From NCBI GenBank assembly GCA_050084985.1, contig JBITNC010000001.1:87296001-87360000 (forward strand): DNA of 64,000 nt, given 5' to 3'. Below the pieces are notes generated by a model. The model worked only from the letters and a program-made list of their open reading frames with translations, was not told the origin of the DNA and ran no database searches. A program made the position numbers and the translations under genes. Within the stretch, counting starts at the first letter, position 1; each line of letters begins with the position of its first letter. The DNA is from Nageia nagi. Taxonomy: Eukaryota > Plantae > Pinophyta. This document shows, one piece after another, positions 37,874 through 49,900 of the stretch.

Positions 37874-40800
37874 GATAGACTTTATAAGTTGATGTAAGAA
37901 ATTAAAAAATAAGAAAATCAATCCATCCAAGAATTTGCATTCAAAATGCACTTGCATATGATAACCTTATCATATATGATATATTTAAAATAAATCATAC
38001 ATCAATGAATTATTAATTACTTATTAAGTTTTAAAATGATATAGAAAAGCATAAGAAAATAGAATAAATCCATTTGATTGCTTGAAATACATTATTGAAA
38101 CTAGTAATGAAGATATTGATATTAGTTTATCTGAAATGGAATTTCAAGATCATAAAAAATGCTCAAAATTGAAGTCTCTAAAAGAACACTTTTTTCCTCC
38201 ATGTTAGATTTCTCGTCATTAGCTTTTCAATGACTATTCTTATTTGTCAATCGATTTACCAATTTGAAAGTTATACCCTTCTGAAGTTTTTGGAGGGAAA
38301 AATAAATTTGAAGGTTTAAAAATAAAGTTGTTATCCATTCTTGGTGGGATCCATGGTATCCAAGCAATAGAGCACATCAACATGCTTAGTTGGAAACTAA
38401 AGCAAAGTTAACAAGTTAAAAAAGGATGCATTGGTTAAAGACTAGATGGCTAACAAAAAGTTGACAGATGATTGATGAAAAGTTAATGAATGATCCAAAT
38501 AATCGATATATGGTTGACAAATAAAGTAGATAATCAAACCCACCTATTGATATTTGACCAATCTAAAGGTCCTACATTTTGTACCAATTTATTTGGTTTG
38601 CCCTCCATATGATTATTTATGTTGTGGTAAAATAATTCTTAGGTGAAAAAAAATAGATAACTAATATTAGTTATAAAATAAAATTAAAGTATAACTAATA
38701 GAAATTATTAGTCATAAATAAAAATATAAAACATGTGATTTATTTAGAAAGGGAGCATGTTTTAACCCATTAATTGTACTTTAGTATACTTACATAAAAT
38801 TATAAAATAAGGAATAAAGGAGGAGAAATACATCCTCTCATTCCATATTTATTCTCTCAAGTATGAATAGAATTTCTTAAATCATTCACACTCACGCTTC
38901 AAGGAGAATAAGTAAAGTAGGGGAACTCTTTAGGGAAGGTTTCATATATTATTTTTAACACTCATTTAAGTGTTTTTCTACCCTTGTGTTGGGATAAATT
39001 CTAAGACTTTCCATTGTGTTTAGAAGCAAGTTGTAGCTCATTTGGAGAGTGTTTTGGTGGTCCTTTGGAGGATATTATTATACTTCTTCAATATTGAATA
39101 GAAGGAGTTCTTTTTTTTTGATGGGGTTTTCTTATAGAGATGGGCTTTCCCAAGGTACAATAGTTTTCATAATTGTGTGGTGATGTTCTCTTATCATTTG
39201 GGAAATTTTTGGTTAGATAGTTACTTAAATTTTATTTGCACATACTTAGAGTCTAAGTATGATAAATATGTATTTGATGAGATAAGGCATGCCATAGATA
39301 ACATATATTAATTGATCATTAATCATGATAATGCTTCCATTGATACCAACGCTACTATTCATGTTGCTCAAGAGGATGTTCTACTTATAGATACAATGAT
39401 ACAAAGCTTCAAATTCCAATGTAACCAAGAGCTTAATACTAAACTTGGCACAAGAGTAAAGTTTGCCCAACTTCATATAAAATATTTGTAAGACACATAT
39501 TCTATACTTACTATCTAAAATTTTGAAGAAATATTTAATACTATTAAACAACATATAAAGGAAAGTAATGATGATTGGATAGCTGATTATGAATGAAAAT
39601 TATTTTCCTATTTCATCTCATCTAAAATAGGATTATATTTCATATAGTTTAGGATTGTACTTCATGAGGAGTAGATTGTAGTTGCATTACGTATTGTACA
39701 TCTTTAATTATCATCTTATGTCACCATGTATCTTATCGTGTGATGGTCATTTCAGTCTTGTTACTAAGTCATGTAAGTCTCTTTGTCAGTCAATTTATCA
39801 GTATGTCAATCTTATGGCCAATTTGAAAAAATTCAAAAATCATATTTTTTTTAGAAAGATATAAATGATAAAAAATTAGAGAAAAAATGTTAAAATAGCT
39901 GTAAGAAATTATGAAAGGAATTAAAACATAAAATTGGGCTTATAAGATAAATTTCAACATGATTCATTGAGATGCCCAAGCGTGACCACTTGGGAATTTA
40001 CAAAAAATCATAAAAGTAATTTCATATTTAGACACCTCTTTAAAATTAGATCAAGTTAAAAAAAAAAAAAGATATCAAATTTTTGCCAAATCAAAATTTA
40101 CGGCCATTTGAAGTTTGCAAGTACTAAAAAAGAGCATAACATAGGTTTATTTCAACTTTAAAATCAATAATTTTCTCTTAGAAAATGGTAATATCAATTA
40201 TTTTTTATTAAATTAATTTTATATTTCTAATGCATAAAGTAATAATGCTAATTAGATTTTTGTAGAAAAATTTATGCTTGTTGTAAGTTGGCACTTTTAT
40301 GAAAATGATAGGTTTGCAAGAAATGCAAAATCACCAACCAAGAAGATCAAAATTATTACAAGGTAAAATTAGAAGAGGAATATTTTAAATAAAGTAGCAT
40401 TTCACATATAAGAATATGTTTTGATTATTATTTCTAACTATTTCATGCAATTTTGATTGTTTTCAAGAACAAGTACTACAAAATTATCAAAAAGTTATCA
40501 AGAAATTATAAGAATATCAAGTATGCAAGTTTTTGATCTCAAGTCACAAAGATCAACAACAATCAAGTATGCATGCATATTTTAATAATAATGATCATGT
40601 TTTCTAGCTAAATTAACTTTTTTCAAAATAAATGCAAAAATTATCAAAATTGGAGCAAAATTCTTATCAAAATGGTCAATATGAAAAGTATCAAGATAAG
40701 TCCAAGTTGTTGTTAAGGGCCATAAGTTCATACTTACTAATCATATTTTCTATAAGAATAATATGCTTCTATGATCAATTTAAAATATATATAACATTTA

Positions 40801-41444
40801 TATAGATGTCATTATGATGAATTATAATGACATTATTTTGACATGAATAGATAATATGAAACATTATTTTCATGATCATTTTGAGTAGACTATGTGATAT
40901 AATGACTCTTTTCCATAATCATTATTTTCATAGTACATGCTTGCTTGCTTATTTTACCCTTATGAAATGGGGGCATTATATTTTTAACTTGGGGTCAACC
41001 AAATTAAGAAAATAAAATAATATCAATTTAATCATAAGATCAAATTCAATATTCAAATCAAAATTTAAGAGAATCGATCTAATATTAGAAACCAATAAAA
41101 GGGGTTAAGGTCAATTTTTAGTTTCAATCTCAATATCATTTCAAGCATATTTTAGTAAGAATCACAAGGTCAAAATCAAAGGATTAGTTGATAGAAATTA
41201 TAGGATATAAATTCTTAGTTCCTAAGCATCAATTCTTAGGCATTAGGGAAAAAAATCATACAAGTTAATAAATTCAAGATCAATATATTTAAAGGTATTA
41301 ATTTTGTCAAATCAAATGAGTCAATTAAGAAATTTTTAATCATTGATATTTGAGACATAAGATCATTTTCAATTTCTCTTGGGGGATACCCTTCGAAATA
41401 CAAAAGGTTATTCTTCCAATACTATATATTGTTTTTCATGATCC

Positions 41445-41690
41445 ACATTTCTATGTTTATAATTTTATGATTCATATTGCTATGCTCACAATTCTATCTT
41501 TAACATTGTTATGTTCATACTTCTATGTTTCACATTGTTATGTTCATACTTATATTATTCACATTGTTATGCTCATTATTCTATGATTCATATTATTATG
41601 GTCATACTTCTATGATTCACATTGTTATGTTCACAATTATATGATTCACATTGTCACTCTCACACTTCTACATTCATATTCCTATGACAT
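41445..41690 (+). repeat. Degenerate ~30-bp minisatellite
   Basis: Repeated ATGATTCACATTGTTATGCTCACACTTCT-like units. Confidence 0.75.
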
Positions 41691-41758
41691 GACCCTTTCC
41701 AATTTCTTGGGGCATTAAGAATGAATGACTCATTTTTTACTTTAGAATAAATAAGTAC

Positions 41759-43335
41759 TGTAGATCCCTACATTAAAATTCTTGAAGAAGGTCCCGGGGT
41801 ATTCTAATTGTTATCATGAGTTCGCCTTAATGTCCCCGGGAGCTATTCCGGAATAAATAAAAGGCCGGAGTCCGTGAGTAAACCTTTCCGGAATGAAAAG
41901 AAGAGGTCGCGGAGAATAAGATAGACATATTTTGGCAAAGACCGAATTTCGGAACAAAATGATGTCGGCAAGGCGGTCAGGTTTCGGCAAGGACCAAGTT
42001 CCGGAAAAAAAATGAAGTAAGCACAAGTGCCTCCGGGAAACAAAGCATTCCGGATATATGAAGATGACATCACGGAAAAGAAGAAGCTCATAATTGCAAA
42101 GGAAACCGGAGTCCGGAGGGGATGACGTCTGCAAGGAGTAACTTCGTATCCGGAGCCTTTGAGTAAAGCATTCCGGAGAAGCAAGAAGGTGACGTCAGCA
42201 AGAAGGGACGAGATTCACAGTTGCAAAGGAAATCGGAGCCCGGAACAGATGACATCAGCAAAGAGAAATTTAGTTCCGGAACCAGCGAGCGGGAAATTCC
42301 GGAGATTCAAAGGTGACGTCACAAGGAGATATAAAGTTTACATTCGTAAAGCAAACCGGAGCCCGGAATGGATGACATCATCAAGGAGCAATTTAGTGTC
42401 CGGAGCCAGTGAATAAAGAAGTCCGGAGATTCAAGGCTGACGTCAGGCGAAGGGGAAAAAATTAACATTTGGGATTAAGACCGCGTCCAGAGGAAAATAG
42501 GCCGCAATGAAAGATCGAAGAGTCCGAGTCGGAGAATTGAACATTCCGGGAGAGAAGGAAGTCTGCAAAATACCTGAGCGCCATCATCAGGGAACCGAAT
42601 CGTCGGCGATCTGCCCAATTTTGTAACAGTCGGCCAAGTGTCATATGTAGGTGATATCAGTTCAAGAAGGCCAGAATCTTGCGGCCGTTTTGTAAACGTT
42701 TCTATTCTGTAATCTTGTAACTGTTATTAATACAGTATAAATATATGAAAATAAAGAGAAACGAGGGTCGAAAGCCTAGTATTGCCCTTTTCATTTGTTC
42801 TCGAAGACCTGTAGCTTCAGTCCGGTACTATGAAACCATCTTGACCTTTCTTGTCTAGCACTCGTAATTGTTATTCTTAATTTGGTTACATTGTGGCAGC
42901 TTAGCTTGTTTCCTGAGTAATAGTTGCGGGTTGCTAGTATAACTGTGTCTGCTACATGGTAGAGTAGAAGCTGGGGAGCTATTCAGAGAGTGAGAACTTG
43001 TTCTGTGGCTGCGACACTAGATTCAGGCCAAGGTTTCGCACACTGCGAAAGCCCGCGCTGAACTAGTGATCTACCCCTTTGCTTTCTCTCTCGTTACCCT
43101 ATCCCTTTACTTCCTCTCTCGTTACCCTATCCTTTTACTTCCTTTCTTGTTACCCTATCCTTTTGCTTGAATCTCTCGCTCCCTACTCTTTTCATCTCTT
43201 TCCTGTTACTTTTTCTCTACCCAATGGATAAGGAACCGGCCTTCTCCGGAGATCAGGCTGCGTCCCACAGTCTGTTCGTGAACTACTTTGGTTAAGATTG
43301 TTCCAGGCGCACATATTACACAATCTCAATCAACA
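41759..43335 (+). mobile_element. Young solo LTR (1577 bp) with perfect 5-bp TSD
   Basis: TGTAGAT...ATCAACA termini, with AGTAC at 41754-41758 and 43336-43340. CpG-rich. Contains ~124-bp U3 repeats, TATAAATA at 42736-42743, and short pyrimidine-rich tandem repeats at ~43085-43170. Confidence 0.9.
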
Positions 43336-46300
43336 AGTACCCAGAATGGTATCTCCATTAAGAAGATCACTTATTGTTCTAGCATTCTCCCTTTAAGGTA
43401 TGTTATTATAAATTCCCTTTTATGGTTGGGGCATTAATGATATAAAAATAACTCTAAGAATCATTCCCATTAGTACTTGAGATATTAAGTACCAACTAGG
43501 AATTATTATAATTGATACATGGGATATTACATATTACCTCTATGATATCTACCATTGGTAATTGGGGTATTAAGTACCACCCTTATGATATTTATCCATG
43601 CTCATATGATCACATTATTTATTTCTATATTTTTTGTATTTGTTTGTCTCCTTATCTATTGCATAAGTTCCTTGGCAATTTGAGGAGGAGATTGTATTCA
43701 TAATAATCCCTCAAGGGAGAGTACACCTTCTCTTTTACCATGTTTCCTTCCATTCGATGATTCATAGCACATATAAATTACTTAAAAGTAGAGACAAAAG
43801 AACACCTACATATCCTATTCATTATCTTGACTTCTTCCATTAAATGGTGTCTTCACTACAAAAACTAAGGTAAAGAGGGGACAAGAGATTACCATTCAAA
43901 ATGGGAAACCTACTATCATCTCCAATATCATATTTCAAGGTAATATTCTATGACTCTTGCTATCTTTCATATCATGCTTCTCTCCTTTGGAATATGAGGT
44001 TCCACATCACCACACTTCCAAAGCAAGCAACTATTGACACCTATAATAGAACTCTATTTTATTAAAGTATCTAAAAATAAGATATCAATTAATGATAATA
44101 TATGTACGTTATTTAAGGTTATCCATGATATATTATTATTTTAATATGATATATTATATTATCTTACACATTTATTTCTTTTGTGATGCAAGGATCAAGG
44201 AACATTAAGCCAAGTAGATTGGACTTGGAGGACACTTGCGTATTTAAAGAGAAAATGTACATATGAGATAACTATCAAACCTTGATAGTTCTCACTCACA
44301 CGTTTGGTATTCTAGAATATTGAATGTGATTGGTGTCTCTAAATTCCACCTATCAAGATATGAATTTTACAATATCATAGGAGCTATGTTTCCTATATTT
44401 CATTTCATTTTCTATAATAGGCTTACTCTCTCATATTTACATACATGATCAAACTTCATTTCGAGGTGATCCATCAAGGTTATAGAGTGTAGGTGCTCAA
44501 TCATATAACCTTAGGTGCTCAATCATATAACCTAAGAGCCCAAGCATTAGTGTTCGAGAAGTGAAGCTAATTAGGCTCAAATTAGATCAATGAACATAGA
44601 AAACCTATTAAATCTATTCCTAGCATCTGATCTACTTTATAGGAAAGGATGATAGATACATTCTCTTAATTCTAATCTTGACAAGTATAATTTGGTACAA
44701 TAGCTAGTGTAGATGCCTAAAAATGATTTATTATTTATTTACTAAATCATATTTAGACTTCTTAAATAACTTATTGCAATATTACAAATATCAAGATAAA
44801 GTTGATATTACAATGCAATGCCCTATGCTATATTAAATGCTATATAATTTACCATGGTTCACATTTTAAAGTATCTTGAATATAACAAAGTTTATATTAT
44901 TGCTAGAGGTCGACATTCACTCATTTTTATGTCCTTCCAGCTATATATGCAAGTGGAATAGGCTAACTAACATTCACAGATGTAACTCTTTGATATGACA
45001 AGACCTTCAATAGGTGGTTATATTTCATATCTTCATCAAGAAATGATGTCTCTTGATGCCACCTATTATGAGAAATTGTTATACTCTAAGCTATGAAACT
45101 TTCTATGTTTTATGCATGCCATAATTTGACATATCCTACTCAATTAATGACGTGCTTCTCTTAGGTTGTCAATGATGTGCTTTTCTTATGTTGTCAACGA
45201 TGTACATCTTCTAGATCGAGGGTTTCAAATTTCAATGGTAAAAGTTATTGATTCATACATATGAAGATCCATCATGATCTTGCCTCCAATCTGATACCAA
45301 TCCTTCAAAGATTATTGCTATTTGCTTTTGAGGATTGTACATACACTTCATATCAAGTGCATGCTTTTCATATATATATTTGTTGTATTTGATATAATGT
45401 ACATATATAGCTCTTCTTATATTGTAGAACATTTTATTTATTATGCATATTCATATTTTATACAATTTAGAGTCTACAACTATTGCATAGAAAGTATAAG
45501 GTCTAGGATTTCATCTATACCATTTTCTATCCAAATTTCCTAAGGAAGTTAACCTAAGGGAATTGCTTGTTTTTCTTCTCCCTAAAAGTAGTAAGTATAA
45601 GGTCTAGGATTTCATCCATCATTATAATATTATATATAATATTTGAGGTAATCACCATCGTAATTGAATTTATGGAGTCCTATGCTAGATCTTCTTCTTC
45701 TTGCTAAAAATATATTTTAATGTAAAAAATTATTTTCCTTTGCAAAGGCATTTATGAATATATCTATCTACCTCAAAATAGATGGATTTGTTAAATCTAT
45801 TTCATCTTTTAATAGGGCAAACATGGAAATAAGTAACTTTGAAGGTATATAATCCTCATGAAACATTATATCCCGAATAAAAGCTTATCTTCTAATGTTA
45901 AGAATTTCTTTATTGCACAAAAATATCCTATAAAGTTATTCTCTTGTTCATTTTTGTTTGAAGATGTATATATACTACTAGCAATATATACCTTTTATTT
46001 TTCAATTAAAGCTTTTAAGATAGAGATGAGAGGCATTTGATCACAATCCACACAAAGATCTTGTTTATCTTGTGGAAGGTGCAAGATTTATAGGTCAACT
46101 GCTTCACATTACATATTTGTTACTCTATCTTTGGTAGATATAATAAATTTTTTTTCTTTATTAATATTCAAACTCCAACTACTCTTGTCAACAATCTCCT
46201 CATCATAGTTATTATGAACTACATCCAAATTAAGGATCATATCCTCATTATTTGATAAAAGATACTACTTATATCATTCAAACTTAGAGATATTAGGCCA

Positions 46301-46669
46301 TCAAATATTATTGATCCCCTTGGTTGAGGAAGACGAACTCAAAGGTTTTTGAAATGTTGTTCTACTTATGATTCCATTCTACAAGTAAGAATCATAATCT
46401 TGAGATTCTATGAATTCTTTCCTAAACTATTTTAACACCATTAAGATTCTAAATGCTAAAGAGATGGAGCATTATTATAAAATCTACAACAAAAAACTAG
46501 ATTCTTATAATCCATCTATCAAGTTTTACTGCTATGCATCAGATCTAAACATTCTCGCAAGGCCATATCCACATTCATCTTGATACAAAGTACCAACAAA
46601 GAGATCAGGTCTCCAATTCTTAATCCTATCTCTCACATAATATTTTCCATCTTCATCGGAATTATTGGC

Positions 46670-46924
46670 ATGGAGGTTGCAGAGGAAGAAGAAATATGCA
46701 ATGGTGGGGATGCGTCCTATCACTTCCATGATTTTGAGTGGGAAGATCTGAAAAATGAAATCGAGACGAAGATGAAATTGAAATTGGATAACTCATTACA
46801 ACACCAAAATCCATTAAATTACTCAGAGCCAGAGCAAGAGGAAAAGATAGACAAGAGCAGAAGCAGCAACGCAGAAGCATGGCAGAAATTTCATCAACGC
46901 CACTCCGCGGGAACATTTTTCAAA
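46670..46924 (+). CDS. METTL6: METTL6-like exon 1
   Basis: MEVAEEEE...HDFEWEDLK...AWQKFHQRHSAGTFFK, then a GT donor. Confidence 0.85.
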
Positions 46925-49900
46925 GTAAATTAGGCACGACATTCTCTTTTTCGTCCTTCTGATTCTGTCCATCTCTTCTCCCACTAAATATAAATAATTT
47001 TCTATTAATGGGTGTTTTAACCAGGAAAGAAAGTATTTGTTAAAGGAATTTCCCGAGCTGTTGACAGTAGAGGGCTCTCCTAAGCTCTTGGAGGTTGGCT
47101 GTGGGAATGCTAGCACTGTGCTTCCAATCATGAGGTGCTTTTTTTTGTATATCTTATTCTCTTCTGGGTTTTTTAGGGTAAAATGAAAATTGTTTTTCCC
47201 TGCGGAAATCTTTTTCAGTTTGTCTTATCATTTGAACTTTAATCCTATAAACAAAAAATTCAAAGTTTTCCGCAGTGCCCAAAAGTTTATGTTTTAACAT
47301 AAATAAACAAAATATTACATCAGTGGGATGACTACAGATAACATCATTTTATTGTGGCCTCTTGGCAGGGTTGTACTAAAGCACTACAAAAGCAAGAAAA
47401 ACACTATAAAAATAATTGCCTTTTCATTGAATTAAGTTGAGGGTTTACCATCTTCTCCCTTGGCCTTCGAGTAATATATTACTTGCATTCTGGATTTTGT
47501 TTTCGATATTTGAGGAGCTTTCCCTCTCCAAGCTCAATTGCAGCTTGGTGTTCAGTAGCTCCTCTTATCATTCTAAACGTTCTTTATGTTATCTTCACTT
47601 TTGTTGCCGATGACAGATCCCTAAGGGAGTTGTGCTCTTAGATGACATTTTCCAAGGTATTTTGGAATTATGATGTCCGACCACCTAATGAAATATCCAT
47701 AAAGAAACATCCATCCATCACTCATCTGCTAGCTGTTATAGTGATAACACCTCTGAAGATGTGTGCCAAAATGTTTTAGAACTTGATTAATGGCGGAATG
47801 AACATGAGTAAACTGCAAGCACTACATTCTGAAAGCACTAAAGCACCAAAAGAACAACCAGCATCAACAAATACCCATAAACATCATACATATGGTTGAC
47901 ACTATGTTTAAGGTGAAAACCCTGTGGGGCATTAATAACACTATTCAATATATTGAGATGAGCTCATCTTTTTCATCTTTGACCGGCAAGAGTATAAATG
48001 CATATCAACGACCAAAAACAATGTCACAAAACGACTTTTTGCAAGCACAACATGCTCTATCGATGATAACCTGTATACATAACACTGTCATGCCTGCAAA
48101 AACAGCAAAGTCCTGAACCGTTTTCGTTAATTTTAAACATCTATTGGTTGTACAACTATTTATCTTCCTATTTATTGATTGAATTTGCTGCCAGCATCTT
48201 CCTCTAACTCTTATCAACCAATCTGGGTGCTTTGCTTACATGTTGAGTCTAACTGTTCATTCATAACTAGGATCATTGTTAACATGTTATTGTTTATGTT
48301 GAGTTTGGTGATGTGTTTCTATATTTATTTCTTCCAACATTTAGGTCACTAGTATTCATTCATATTCCTGCTTATCATGTTTACAGGGTTCTTCTCTTCA
48401 CATGCCGTATCTAAACCAATGGTGTAACGTATATTTTCTTATTGCATGCTGATTTATGAATTTATTAAATAAGATCACTTCTTCTATCTCTGCAAGCCTT
48501 ATTTAGTTTAGGAATGTTCCTTGGACTACTGGAGTTGGGATTAGTATCCTACACATTGCTTCTTTCTTTCTTCAAAGTGAATGGATCAAGCTTTATGATG
48601 GTTGCTTCTGCTTGCTTGGGGGATGGGACAGCAAATCTGATTGGCAACTACCACTGCTGGATGCTTTCTCTCATAAAGTCTTCATCTAGTAAGACAAAGT
48701 CTCTTCTTTACTAATGTGAAAATGGCACTTCTCCTGTGCTTGAGGCAAGTCTCATGAGCTTATTTTATCACCAAAACTGGGTAGAAACTTGTTTGCATAC
48801 AATACCTTCTTCTTGGTTGTTTCTTCTTTTATTTGGTAGATTTTTCTTTGATGAAGATTAGCTTTCCTTGTGTGCATGTTGTGACTTCTTTGAAAGATAA
48901 ATCTCTAGTAGATGTCTACGTCATCATGCCGCAAGTAAAAATACTCCTTTTTTTGATCTATGCCCAAAATCTTCTGGGATTAAATGCTTCTGTGCTTGAA
49001 ACAACCTACTTTAAATTGGAACAGCTGATTCCTAGATGGCAATGCCCAAAACCAGCTATTTCATAGTTCTACGGTTGTCAAAAATGCATGAAAATTGAGG
49101 ACCTTGGACTGCAGAGCTTCCTATATCTGGTAACAATCCTTTTCCACCTTTTTAGCCTAACCTGCCGAAGTTCAAGGCTCATTTGCATAACATTGTCAAA
49201 TGCGTCTTGTTTTCATTATTTGCTATCCATTTGGAGGCCTTATATTTGAAATTGGGAACTTGTTTCGTCCAACATTCAATTGCATTATGATTCTTCTGTG
49301 CAAATTGTCATACTTATTTTGAAAGAAGAATATACATCCAAATATCATTGCTTATTAGATTTGTATGTTATAAAGTTATAAATAGGGTAACTCATTTGTG
49401 GCCGGATACACTTAGGCTGAGAATTCCTTCTTGATTCCATTTTCTGTTGTATGCATTCTGTTTCTAAACAATATTTTTGCCTACTTTCAGTCATTATAAT
49501 GATTTATTGTTGTCCTCATTTCATGAATATCCATCTCTTTTGAAAATGACTTATTGTCATCCTGGTTTACTAGGAAATTAAGAGGGCAGAAGGACTGTGA
49601 AGTGGAATAGATGGAAAACATGAACACTATGCAATCTAGAATCCTGTTGTTCTTACCCCTCTTAAATGGATAGTTATTGTGAACACAATGCCTTGACAAT
49701 GAGTTGTTGTGTAAAGATTCTTAACCTACAATGATAGACAAGGGTAGTTGGAGGTACTGTAGTCTTGTCATTGAGTGAATATGTTTAGAAAAATAAAAAT
49801 ATGGTTATGTTGATATCAAATATATAATAAGTAACCTATTTATTAAATTTAATATATCTATATAAATTATTATAATACAAAAAAATATTGTATATAGTAT

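Larger units (their letters stand above)
35640..44790 (+). mobile_element. Old non-autonomous Ogre/Tat-like element related to 8360-14498, interrupted by younger insertions
   Basis: 35740-35860 resembles 9830-9950, 40268-40325 resembles 11725-11782, and 43866-43885 resembles 13523-13541. An LTR-like TATTGACACC starts at 44032. Both ends are approximate. Confidence 0.55.

Noticed and set aside
41814-42644. ORFs of 60-113 aa in the GC-rich block
   Set aside because: They lie within the repeat array of a TSD-bounded solo LTR and show no protein motif.
45280-45300. Isolated PBS-like TCTGATACCA and other LTR-like scraps (38330-39270, 56900-58440, 62560-63750)
   Set aside because: Probably TE debris, but I could not resolve termini, TSDs or domains well enough to call them.
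46580-46669. N-terminal extension of the methyltransferase in the ORF track
   Set aside because: It starts at a non-ATG codon. The first in-frame ATG, in good context, is at 46670.
47085-47120. SAM motif I reading GCGNAS rather than a third Gly
   Set aside because: A single conservative change in an otherwise intact, correctly spliced gene is not enough to claim altered function.
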